Shown here: in pieces, positions 12,001 to 23,446 of the stretch
How the letters are laid out: the number at the start of each line of letters is the position of its first letter
How positions within the stretch are numbered: position 1 is the first letter of the stretch
DNA from: Octopus bimaculoides
Taxonomy: Eukaryota
Assembly: GCF_001194135.2 (NCBI RefSeq)
Contig: NC_069002.1
Coordinates: forward strand, 37,309,394-37,373,393
Reading direction: 5' to 3'
DNA length: 64,000 bases
Position numbers and translations under genes: made by a program
Notes under the pieces: generated by a model
What the model saw: the letters and a program-made list of their open reading frames with translations, nothing else
Told to the model about the DNA's origin: nothing
The model's database searches: none

Positions 12001-15000
12001 NNNNNNNNNNNNNNNNNNNNNNNNNNNNNNNNNNNNNNNNNNNNNNNNNNNNNNNNNNNNNNNNNNNNNNNNNNNNNNNNNNNNNNNNNNNNNNNNNNNN
12101 NNNNNNNNNNNNNNNNNNNNNNNNNNNNNNNNNNNNNNNNNNNNNNNNNNNNNNNNNNNNNNNNNNNNNNNNNNNNNNNNNNNNNNNNNNNNNNNNNNNN
12201 NNNNNNNNNNNNNNNNNNNNNNNNNNNNNNNNNNNNNNNNNNNNNNNNNNNNNNNNNNNNNNNNNNNNNNNNNNNNNNNNNNNNNNNNNNNNNNNNNNNN
12301 NNNNNNNNNNNNNNNNNNNNNNNNNNNNNNNNNNNNNNNNNNNNNNNNNNNNNNNNNNNNNNNNNNNNNNNNNNNNNNNNNNNNNNNNNNNNNNNNNNNN
12401 NNNNNNNNNNNNNNNNNNNNNNNNNNNNNNNNNNNNNNNNNNNNNNNNNNNNNNNNNNNNNNNNNNNNNNNNNNNNNNNNNNNNNNNNNNNNNNNNNNNN
12501 NNNNNNNNNNNNNNNNNNNNNNNNNNNNNNNNNNNNNNNNNNNNNNNNNNNNNNNNNNNNNNNNNNNNNNNNNNNNNNNNNNNNNNNNNNNNNNNNNNNN
12601 NNNNNNNNNNNNNNNNNNNNNNNNNNNNNNNNNNNNNNNNNNNNNNNNNNNNNNNNNNNNNNNNNNNNNNNNNNNNNNNNNNNNNNNNNNNNNNNNNNNN
12701 NNNNNNNNNNNNNNNNNNNNNNNNNNNNNNNNNNNNNNNNNNNNNNNNNNNNNNNNNNNNNNNNNNNNNNNNNNNNNNNNNNNNNNNNNNNNNNNNNNNN
12801 NNNNNNNNNNNNNNNNNNNNNNNNNNNNNNNNNNNNNNNNNNNNNNNNNNNNNNNNNNNNNNNNNNNNNNNNNNNNNNNNNNNNTTGGCTATGCAAACGA
12901 TCTTTCCTTTAGCTATATAAACGATCGTTCATTTGGCTATACAAGAAATCTTTCCTTTAGCTATACAAACGATCTTTTTTTGGCTATACAAACGATCTTT
13001 CCTTTCGCTACACAAACGATCTTCCCTATAGCTATACGAACGTTCTTTCCTTTGGCTATACAAACGATCTACAATTTCGTTATACAAACGTTCTTTCGGT
13101 TACCTATTCAAACGATCTGTCGTTTGGCTATGCAAACGATCTTTCCTTTAGCTATACAAACGATCTTTCGTTTACCTATTCAAACGATATCTCCTTTGGC
13201 TATACAAACAATCTTCCCTTTATCTATACAAACGATCTTTCCTTTGCCTATACAAACGATCTTTCCTTTTGCTATTCAAACGATCTATATTTTGGCAATA
13301 TAAACGATCTTTCCTTTGGCTATACAAACGATCTTTCATTTTGCTATACAAACAATCTTTTATTTGGCTATAGAAACGATCTTCCCTTTAGCTATACAAA
13401 CGATCTTTCCTTTGGCTATACAAACGATCTTTCCTTTAGCTATTCAAACGATCTTTCGTTGGGTATACAAAAGATCTTTCCTTTAGCTATACAAACGATC
13501 TTTCCTTTAGCTATACAAACGATCTTTCCTTTCGCAATACAAACGATCTTCCCTTTAGCTATACAAACGATCTTTCGTTTACCTATTCAAACGCTCTTTC
13601 GTTTGGCTATGCAAACGATCTTTCCTTTGGCTATACAAACGATCTTCCCTTTAGCTATACGAACGAGCTTTCCTTTGGCTATACAAACGATCTGCAATTT
13701 AGCAATACAAACGANNNNNNNNNNTTTCGTTTGGCTATGCAAACGATCTTTCCTTTGGCTATACAAACGATCTTCCCTTTAGCTATACGAACGAGCTTTC
13801 CTTTGGCTATACAAACGATCTGCAATTTAGCAATACAAACGATCTTTCGTTTACCTATTCAAACGATCTATCTTTTGGCTATGCAAACGATCTTTCCTTT
13901 AGCAATACAAACGATCTTTCGTTTACCTATTCAAACGATCTTTCGTTTGGCTATGCAAACGATCTTTCCTTTAGCAATACAAACAATCTATCCTTCACCT
14001 ATTCAAACATTCTTTCCTTTGGCTACACAAACGATCTTTCCTTTAGCTATTCAAACGATCTTTCGTTTGGCTATGCAAACGATCTTTCCTTTAGCTATAC
14101 AAACGATCTTTCGTTTACCTATTCAAACGATATTTCCTTTGGCTATACAAACGATCTTTCCTTTGGCTATACAAACGATCTTTCCTTTGGCTATACAAGC
14201 GATCTTTCCTTTGGCTATACAAACGATCTTTCATTTTGCTATACAAACGATCTTTTCTTTGGCTATAGAAACGATCTTCCCTTTAGCTATACAAACGAGC
14301 TTTCCTTTGGCTATACAAACGATCTTTCCTTTTGCTATACAAACGATCTTTCCTTTAGCTATACAAACAAACTTTCGTTCACCTATTCAAACGTTCTTTC
14401 TTTTGGCTACGCAAACAATCTTTCCTTTAGCTATATAAACGATCGTTCATTTGGCTATACAAACGATCTTTCCTTTAGCTATACAAACGTTCTTTCCTTT
14501 GGCTATACAAACGATATGCAATTTCGTTATACAAACGTTCTTTCGGTTACCTATTCAAACGATCTTTCGTTTGGCTATGCAAACGATCTATCCTTTTGCT
14601 ATGCAAACGATATTTCCTTTAGCTATACAAACGATCTTTCGTTTACCTATTCAAACGATATTTCCTTTGGCTATACAAACGATCTTCCCTTTATCTATAC
14701 AAACGATCTTTCCTTTGCCTATACAAACAATCTTTCCTTTGGCTATACTAACGATTTTTCCTTTGGCTATACAAACGATCTTCCCTTTAGCTATACAAAC
14801 GATCTTTCCTTTGTCTATGCAAACGATCTTTCCTTTGGCTATAGAAACGATCTTTCCTTTTGCTATACAAACGATCTTTCCTTTAGCTATATAAACGATC
14901 ATTCCTTTAGCTATACAAACGATCTTTCCTTTAGCTATACATACGATCTTTCGTTTACCTATTCAAACGAAATTTCCTTTGGCTATACAAACGATCTTCC

Positions 15001-16807
15001 CTTTATCTATACAAACGATCTTTCCTTTGCCTATACAAACGATCTTTCCTTTTGCTATACAAACGATCTTCCCTGTGGCTATTTAAACGATCATTCCTTT
15101 GGCTATACAAACGATCTTCCCTTTAGCTACACAAACGATCTGTCCTTTAGCTATACCACCGATCTTTCCTTTAGCTATACAAACGATCTTCCCTTTGGCT
15201 ATACAAACTATCTTCCCTTTAGCTATACAAACGTTCTTTCCTTTAGCTATACAAACGATCCTTCTTTTGGCTATAGAAACGACCTTTCAGTTAGCTATAC
15301 AAACGATCTTTCCTTGAGCTATACAAACGTTCTTTCCTGTGGCTATACAAACTATCTTTCATTTAGCTATACAAACGATCATTACTTTGGTTATACAAAC
15401 GATNNNNNNNNNNNNNNNNNNNNNNNNNNNNNNNNNNNNNNNNNNNNNNNNNNNNNNNNNNNNNNNNNNNNNNNNNNNNNNNNNNNNNNNNNNNNNNNNN
15501 NNNCCTTTGGCTATACAAACGATCTTTCATTTTACTATACTAACGATCTTTTCGTTGGCTATAGAAACGATCTTCCCTTTAGCTATACAAACGATCTTTC
15601 CTTTAGCTATATAAACGATCTTTCCTTTGGGTATACAAGCGATCATTCCTTTAGCTATACAAACGATCTTTCGTTTGGGTATACAAACGATCTTTCATTT
15701 AGCTATACAAACGATCATTCCTGTAGCTATACAAACGATATTTCCTTTGGCTATACAAACGATCTTTCCTTTCGCTATACAAACGATCTTTCCTTTGGCT
15801 ATACAAACGATCTTCCCTTTAGGTATAGAAACGGTCTTTCGTTTGTCTATGCAAACGATCTTTCCTTTGGCTATACAAACGATCTTCCCTTTAGCTATAC
15901 GAATGAGCTTTCCTTTGGCTATACAAACGATCTTTAATTTGGCTATACAAACGATCTTCCCTTTACCTATTCAAACGATCTATCTTTTGGCTATGCAAAC
16001 GATCTTTCCTTCACCTATTCAAACGTTCTTTCCTTTGGCTACACAAACGATCTTTCCTTCAGCTATTCAAACGATCTTTCGTTTGGCTATACAAACGACC
16101 TTTCCTTTAGCTATACAAACGATCTTTCCTTTAGCTATACAAACGATCTTTCCTTCAGCTATTCAAACGATCTTTCGTTTGGCTATACAAACGACCTTTC
16201 CTTTAGCTATACAAACGATCTTTCGTTTACCTATTCAAACGATATTTCCTTTGGCTATAGAAACGATCTTCCCTGTATCTAAAGAAACGATCTTTCCTTT
16301 GCCTATACAAACGATCTTTCCTTTAGCTATACAAACGATCTTTCCTTTGGCAATACAAACGATCTTTCCTTTAGCTATCCAAACGATCTTTCCTGTGGCT
16401 ATACAAACGATCTTTCATTTAGCTATACAAACGATCTTTCATTTAGCTATACAAACGATCTTTACTTTGGCTATACAAACGATCTTTCCTTTAGCTATAC
16501 AAACGATCTTTCCTTTAGCTATACAAACGAACTTTCCTTTGGCTATACAAACGATCTTTCCTTTAGCTATACAGACGATCTTTTCTGTAGCTATACAAAC
16601 GATCTTTCCTTTGGCTATACAAACGATCTTTCCTTTGGCTATACAGACGATCTTTCATGTAGCTATACAAACGATCTTTCCTTTGGCTATACAAACGATC
16701 TTCCCTTTAGCTATACGAACGATCTTTCCTTTAGCTATACAAACGATCTTTCGTTTACCTATTCAAACGATCTTTCCTTTGGTTATACAAACGATCTTCC
16801 CTTTATC
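9099..16807 (+). repeat. 24-bp minisatellite main array, consensus AGCTATACAAACGATCTTTCCTTT
   Basis: Hundreds of tandem units, interrupted by N gaps at ~9881-10668, ~11975-12884, ~13715-13724 and ~15404-15503. Confidence 0.97.
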
Positions 16808-18179
16808 AGATGGAGTCTCAAGTCAGAAGTGAGATGAGACTTTCTCAAGATCAGGATAGACATGCACATACCCCATACATCCAAATTTTCATGACAAGTT
16901 AAGGCCTGGAATACTCCAAAGGGACACATGACATGTCGCTTAGTGGAATTAGCTAATGATTTACTCCAGTAATGTTTTCTGAATGCTGCACCTTGTTGTA
17001 TCACCTGTTTCAACATAACTATAAGATATATACAAACTATGACATTTTAATCCTGAGCAATGCCAGGTATCTCTGCTAGTCAAGCATAAACTCTGGTTTT
17101 GAGATTTGTGAGTGAAATTGGTTGGTACAAATCATGCATAAGCCCTTCATATATATATATNNNNNNNNNNATATATATATATATATATATATATATATAG
17201 CATGGTATAGTTATAAACTGGGCAAATCTTAACCATATTTATATTGGAAGTTGTCACTTGCAAATGTGTATGATTTAGTAACATATACCATGCTTTTGCT
17301 AATTATTTTAGGTACCTATGTAACAATGAGCAGCTGGATACTCTCTCAACCCTCCTAACCCTAACCCAATGGGGCATCCGTGTTGTAACAGCTGGAGGTT
17401 GAGAAGACTGTGATAGTACTCTGCTGGTACTTACTTTCAGCGAAATAGACTGAAGCTCAGGGATACAATGAACCATCTGCTCCAGGAATGGAACCATAGT
17501 TTCATGATGCACCCTGAATACTCTGAAAAACAGGTCTGCTCAGTCAAGCGTGGCTTGCCAACAACAGCATATCTTGATGAACAAGCAAACTAATTAAAGA
17601 AAATAAAGAGAAACAACAAAGAGAAATAATTATTATAAACTTTATTTCATTAGAGTCAATGGTAACAAATGATAATGAGATGAATATGAAATGAGTTTAT
17701 AATCTAAATATGTTTTGTGTTTCCAAATTGGTAAATAGAAAGACATTTTTTAAAGAAGTTATATATATATATATTTATTTAATATACAGTAGTATTTTGT
17801 CTCCATGGTCAGCATTTTAAAAAAGTGTTAGTAAACAAGTATGCATATAGTTGAGGAGGGGTTGAGTGTGAAAGATCTCTCTCCTTTTTTTAAATTGATT
17901 GTTATCTGCCTGTCCCCATAATCAACAGCTGAAAAATCTGGGAATTACAAGGATGGCAACTTGCATTTAACTTATCCTTTCTTTATTAGGTTCTTTCTTT
18001 CTTTTTCTTTTTGTTTGTGGAGAGGTGGGATGGTGAAAGTTCAAATTGATAAATCTAGGACCTCCTTGGTCTAAACTGAAATTTGTTGAGAAGGATGATG
18101 AGGGAATAAACAGAAAAAAAATTTACACTAAAATTGCAAATCAATAATAATTTCTAATTTAAGCAACAAGACCGGCAAT

Positions 18180-19125
18180 TTTGTGAGGAGAACTGTTTGT
18201 CGATACCACAGACCCCCATATTTAACTGGTGATTTATTCTACCAGCCCTAAAAGGATGAATTGCAAAGGTGACCTTGGTGGGATTTGAACTCGAAATGTG
18301 AAAAGCCAGAATGAATAGTGAGGATATTTTATCTGACACTAATGATTCTACCAATCCATCTTATAAAACTGAAAGAAAATTTTTCCTTCCAGATTCAGTT
18401 TCAATATATTAAGTTGAATTTGAACCCAAACCAAAGATTTCCGATTCTGCATTACGATTATGACTCAGTTCCATTAATTCAGGGTTTCAAGCTTGAAACT
18501 GCTGCCACAACTTATTTTTCCATCCATGTTAAATACAAATCTGGAAATTACAATAATTATTTCTAATTTAGGCCCAAAGCCAGCAGTTTGAGGAAAGGAA
18601 ATTAGTTGATACCACCAACCCCAGAACTTGGTTGGTACTTTATTTCATAGACCTTAAAATGATTAAAGTCAAAGTTGCCCATGGCAGTATTTGAACTCAG
18701 AATGAAATAATGATTCTGCCAGTTTGTTGCTATTTTGATAATTTTGATAATTCTGCCATTCCAGTTAAACAAAAATACCAAGTTACAAATTTAGGGTAAA
18801 AAGAAGTGTCAGTTACACAAAGGACAACTGAGCTACTTGGGGTTTGTTGAGCAGAGGATGTTAAGTAACATAACCGAAACCATATGGCAAAGTATCTAAT
18901 AATAATAATAATAATGGTTTCAAATTTTGGCACAAGGTCAGCAATTTCGGGGAAGTGAGTAGGTCAATTACATTCAAACCCCAGTGTTCAACTGGTACTT
19001 ATCTTATTGACCCTAAAAGGATGAAAGGCAAAGATGACCTTGATGGAATTTGAACTCAGAACATAAAGATGGACAAAATCTTGCTAAGCATTTTGTCTGG
19101 CATGCTAACGAGTCTGTTAACTCGA
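18180..19125 (+). mobile_element. Cluster of three degenerate copies of a SINE-like core repeat
   Basis: Variants of GTACTTATTTTATTGACCC..AAAGGATGAAAGGCAAAG..GACCT...GGAATTTGAACTCAGAA at ~18200-18360, ~18600-18720 and ~18900-19120; same family at ~19950, ~23520, ~28180, ~28400, ~40070, ~59860 (+) and ~30520, ~37550, ~44960 (-). Confidence 0.7.
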
Positions 19126-19333
19126 GAGGAATGTTTAGCAATTGCTTAATAAGATGGAACAATCAGGAGTGTCTCAGAGTTTGTTGTTCTATTGACAAGT
19201 TTTTTTTTTTGTGTGTGTTTTGCTATGTTTGGAACATCATTAAAGTGGGCAACACAGAACAGTAGCAAATATATTCCAAATATTTCGGGCAAACGAATAT
19301 GCCTGTCTCTCAATCTCTATAAAAAGTAACATT

Positions 19334-19449
19334 TCACTGTGTAGTCTCCAAGTTCAATAATTGAAGGGCTTCGGATATATAAGAGCTGGTCTCAATTGCT
19401 GTTACTATTCCAACAACAAATGCTTTCTCAAGAATCACACTGGCGTGTT
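19334..19449 (-). CDS. INTS1: INTS1 terminal coding exon
   Basis: HASVILEKAFVVGIVTAIETSSYISEALQLLNLETTQ* (TGA at 19334-19336). Confidence 0.92.
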
Positions 19450-22400
19450 CTGTGGGAATAGAGAAAAAGACCAAACGACATAAGCAGATAAATACACATA
19501 AATAAAAATAGAAATAGCTAAGAGTTGAAAATCAACACAACTAGATATGATATAAATAATAATATTCCAGTTATTGTCCAATCTACATTGAAACACTGAG
19601 GTAGAAATAAAGGCACTGGCAACGACCTAGCTTAGAGAAATGACATGTGTAGAAATTGGATTAATCTTTTGGAAGAAAGGTATATCCACAATAAAGCCAG
19701 TGATCAATCTTTATGCATTACTGGTACAGGATTCAACTGTCAATCTCTTTTCTTCCCACTCCAGGAAGTAAAAAAAGGTAAAATCTGAATAATAAGATTT
19801 GTAAGATTTGAACTTGACTTGCTAGAAATATCAACAATATCTCTTTCAAATCATACCCTACCATAAAAAAAAACAGAAGGATATATTAGATAATGTAAAA
19901 CAAAAGGCACTCTAATATTTCCATCAGTCTACCATTTTAGACTAGTATTTTAGTTATCAACACTGGAAGGACAAAAGGCAAAGTTAACCTTGGTGGGATT
20001 TGAAGCCAGAACTAAGTGTCTGATGCTCTTAAACTCTGCCAATTTCCTAAATAGAACATGGAGCAGTGAAGACTGACAGTAAATACTATTGAGTTCAATT
20101 CTTGTTTTCCAATCTGTGCCTTCAAGTTATCTTCAGTAGCTCAGAACTGAAAAATATTTGCTTGAGTGGTTGGCGTTAGGAAGGGCATCCAGCTGTAGAA
20201 ACTCTGCCAAATTAGATTGGAGCCTGGTGTTGCCATCCGGTTTCACCAGTCCTCAGTCAAATCGTCCAACCCATGCTAGCATGGAAAGCGGACGTTAAAC
20301 GATGATGATGATGATGATGTGAGACAACAAAAGGACATAGTTCCTTGACCTACTAAACATAATAGTGAAATTCTCCTTCCAACCACACCCAATTGTCTTA
20401 ACAAAAGAAGTGACAGGCATAAGACAATATCTTAGATATACCAAAAGAAAGGATGGCTCCAAGTGAAATATCTTTAATTACTGGCTTTAATGACCTGCAG
20501 CCATAGCAGAAGTAGCTTGAAAGAAATTAAATGCACAAGTGCTTATATTAAACACATAGAAAAGCAAATATGAACTTTACCTTGACAGAGTGCCACAAAT
20601 TCAGCTAAATTCCTCAGAGCACTTATAACAATATCTGGACTGTCATCACCAAGACACTGAACTAACACAGGTACATATTGGGAACCATTCCTGTACAAAA
20701 AAAGGGGAGGGAGGAAGAAATAAGTATAAAAGACTATAAAGGGAAGGTGAGACAGGTAAAATATAAGTGGGGTGATGGAGTGACAGTGATGAAAAATTGA
20801 GATGTGGGTAGGTGAAAAGAGGAGTGGGATTGGGTGATAAAAAAGGGGTTAAGAAAATGGCAGTGACAATTTCAGGATTGGTAGGGATTTCAGTATTGAG
20901 GGATGTGGCCTTGTGTCTATTGAGCAGTTAAAAAGTATAAAAGAGGGATAGAGATAGGTGTCTTGTTGTGGAAGAGATTCATGGATAACCTGGTTGAAAA
21001 AGAGAGAAAGTGAGAGATGGGACTGAGAACCAAGCCTTGGTGAACTTGTGCACTAAATTCATCACTGTGTTCATGGTTAACATTTACCTCACAGCACTCC
21101 TGTACATGGTCTGTACAGCTTTTATCTATCCCTAGCTTCTTGTAATTCTTTGATTCTTAAAATAACTTCCAAAATGCGTAATTCTTTAAAATGTCCCCCA
21201 GTGTGGGCCGACCAAATGAAGAAAAGGAGCACTTTTAGGATATTCTTCTGCAGGCTACCTCAAAGATGAGTGACATTGACCTCATCTTTTTGGGTGGGAT
21301 TCCAATGAGCATGTCAGGCAGCAGCCTGGTGTCTTCCATGGAATTGGTTTCCGAAACAAAGCGGGGACAATGCTATAGGAGTTCTGTGATGTGAATAACC
21401 TATTGATCTGCAACACCAACTTCAGGAAGCCTGCCAGCCACCAGATGACCTACCAATGAGGGAGGTGGCAGCGGGAAGCATGGTTGCTCCTAAATTCAAA
21501 GACCTTCGCTGGAGAAGAATGTAACCCCAACATAGACTAGTCATCAGTGACTTTAGATTCCTGGCCAGAAGGATGCCAAGAAGCAGACCAATCTGGAAAA
21601 GAAGGATTTGGAAGGACCCTTCACATGGTCAGAGATTTTGTCAATGGTGTTCCTCAGGTCTTTCAACACCTTGCTCCCTTGATGCAGCCAGGATTCATGA
21701 AGAACCAGCTTGCATCCCAAAATGTGTGTGTGTGTGTGTGCAAATCTTTACATAAATAAGAACACAAATGGTGGGGGGTTGAGATACACTATGGCTGTTT
21801 CAGACACATTTTTTATTAATGAATAGACCGATTACCTCATGATAAAACAAAACAAAAAAGTTTTCTTCAGGTGAATTAAAAACTTTGAATTTAAAATTTG
21901 TTTGAGAAAAATTATCAAGATATAGAATGTTGACCCTCTCATTTTGGCAATAATTGAGAGAGTGCAGTTGCACTGAAGCATAGCCAGCTATCCTATGAGT
22001 AAGTGTTGTGAACCTGTTAATAAAGACACTCCTTATTCATATTAAAGAGATGGTGAGAGATCAAGCTTAAGAGAAAGAAGAATAGGGGTGAAGTAGGGGA
22101 GACTATCAGTGCAGAATAGCAAAGATTACTAGTGTCAAACTGCGAGATTACAGACTCTCAGAATGGGATCATTTAGAATAATGAACACTTACATACATGT
22201 ACCTATACAATGTCCATAAATTGTATATGTATATTTATGTATGTGTGTGTATATATACATATATACACACACACACACATATACACACACACTTGTGTTT
22301 GTGCACATGATGGCATGTGTGTGTGTGTATATCATCACAATTTGAAAGAGAGTGAGAGGGAAGGAAGGAGAGAGAGAGAGAGAAAGATAGAGAGGAAGAG

Positions 22401-23388
22401 AGAGAGAAAAATTTAAGAAACTAGAATCTTTTTCTTACGAAGGGTTCTGACGGATACTTCTCATCACCATGGAATAGGCATAGCTGCGACACTCATCATT
22501 TAGGTCAGCCATCAGTCTCTTCAAATCAGCCTGGTAAAGAGAACAATCAAATTTTCATAATAATAATAATAATCCTTTCTACGATAGGCAGGAGGTTTGA
22601 AACTTTTTGGGGAGGGAGATATGCTGTGATTGAGAAGACCCAGCAACTAAAGTGAGATCCCACTAGCTGAAGGATTGTTCAGGCTCCATGTTTGTGTTGG
22701 CAGGGTTTCTAAGGCTGGACGCCCTTCCTAACGTCAAAATATGTATGAGAATATATTTTACACTGACTATTATATGTATATATATGTAGTCTGTATTTGA
22801 CTGTTAGCATTTATAGTGAATATATTTTACAAAACTAACTATTACATCTACATACATCCAATCCATGTAAATGTGGATTTAAAATGACTACAATGAAGAT
22901 GATATGGCTGCTATTTCAATATATTTTACATTATTAACTGTTACATATGTAGCAATAATAAATAAATGATAAATGAAAAATACAAATATAAAAGCAATAA
23001 GGAAATGAAATTATAATAATGTTCTGTTACCTGGAAATTATCTAAGATGTTAACTTTTCTCTTAGACGCTTCATCTAAATCTTGAAGAACTCCTAAAATT
23101 TCTGTAGAGAAGAAAAATATTTAATAATTCAACGAATGGTCAAAACAGGTAGAACTTTAACTATTATTCAATATTATCAACAATTAATTTGCATATTACA
23201 TAAAGGGTTAAATACGTAAAAACTACAGTCAATAATTCGTTATCAGCAAGCAAATCATTTTATTACCCACAAATTCATAATCACAGTTTTACATTCAATC
23301 CTAGTACTTGGTATATTGAGAAAGGATTTTCTACTAAAAGACCTGAGCAAAATTTGGTAAAAACTTGTGTGTGTGTGTGTGTGTGTGA

Positions 23389-23446
<58 letters not shown>

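Noticed and set aside
8422-16807. CRISPR-like array
   Set aside because: Units are head-to-tail with no unique spacers, there are no cas genes, and the context is eukaryotic; it is a minisatellite.
17355-17368. CCTAACCCTAACCC telomere-like motif
   Set aside because: Only about two units; expected by chance.
17311-17630. + strand frame with four in-frame TGA codons (selenoprotein-like)
   Set aside because: No Cys/Sec-type motif context, no SECIS recognised, and no resemblance to selenoprotein P; consistent with a random non-coding frame.
164-20164. Exactly 20,000-bp spacing of two SINE copies
   Set aside because: Numerical coincidence; the interval contains estimated-length N gaps.
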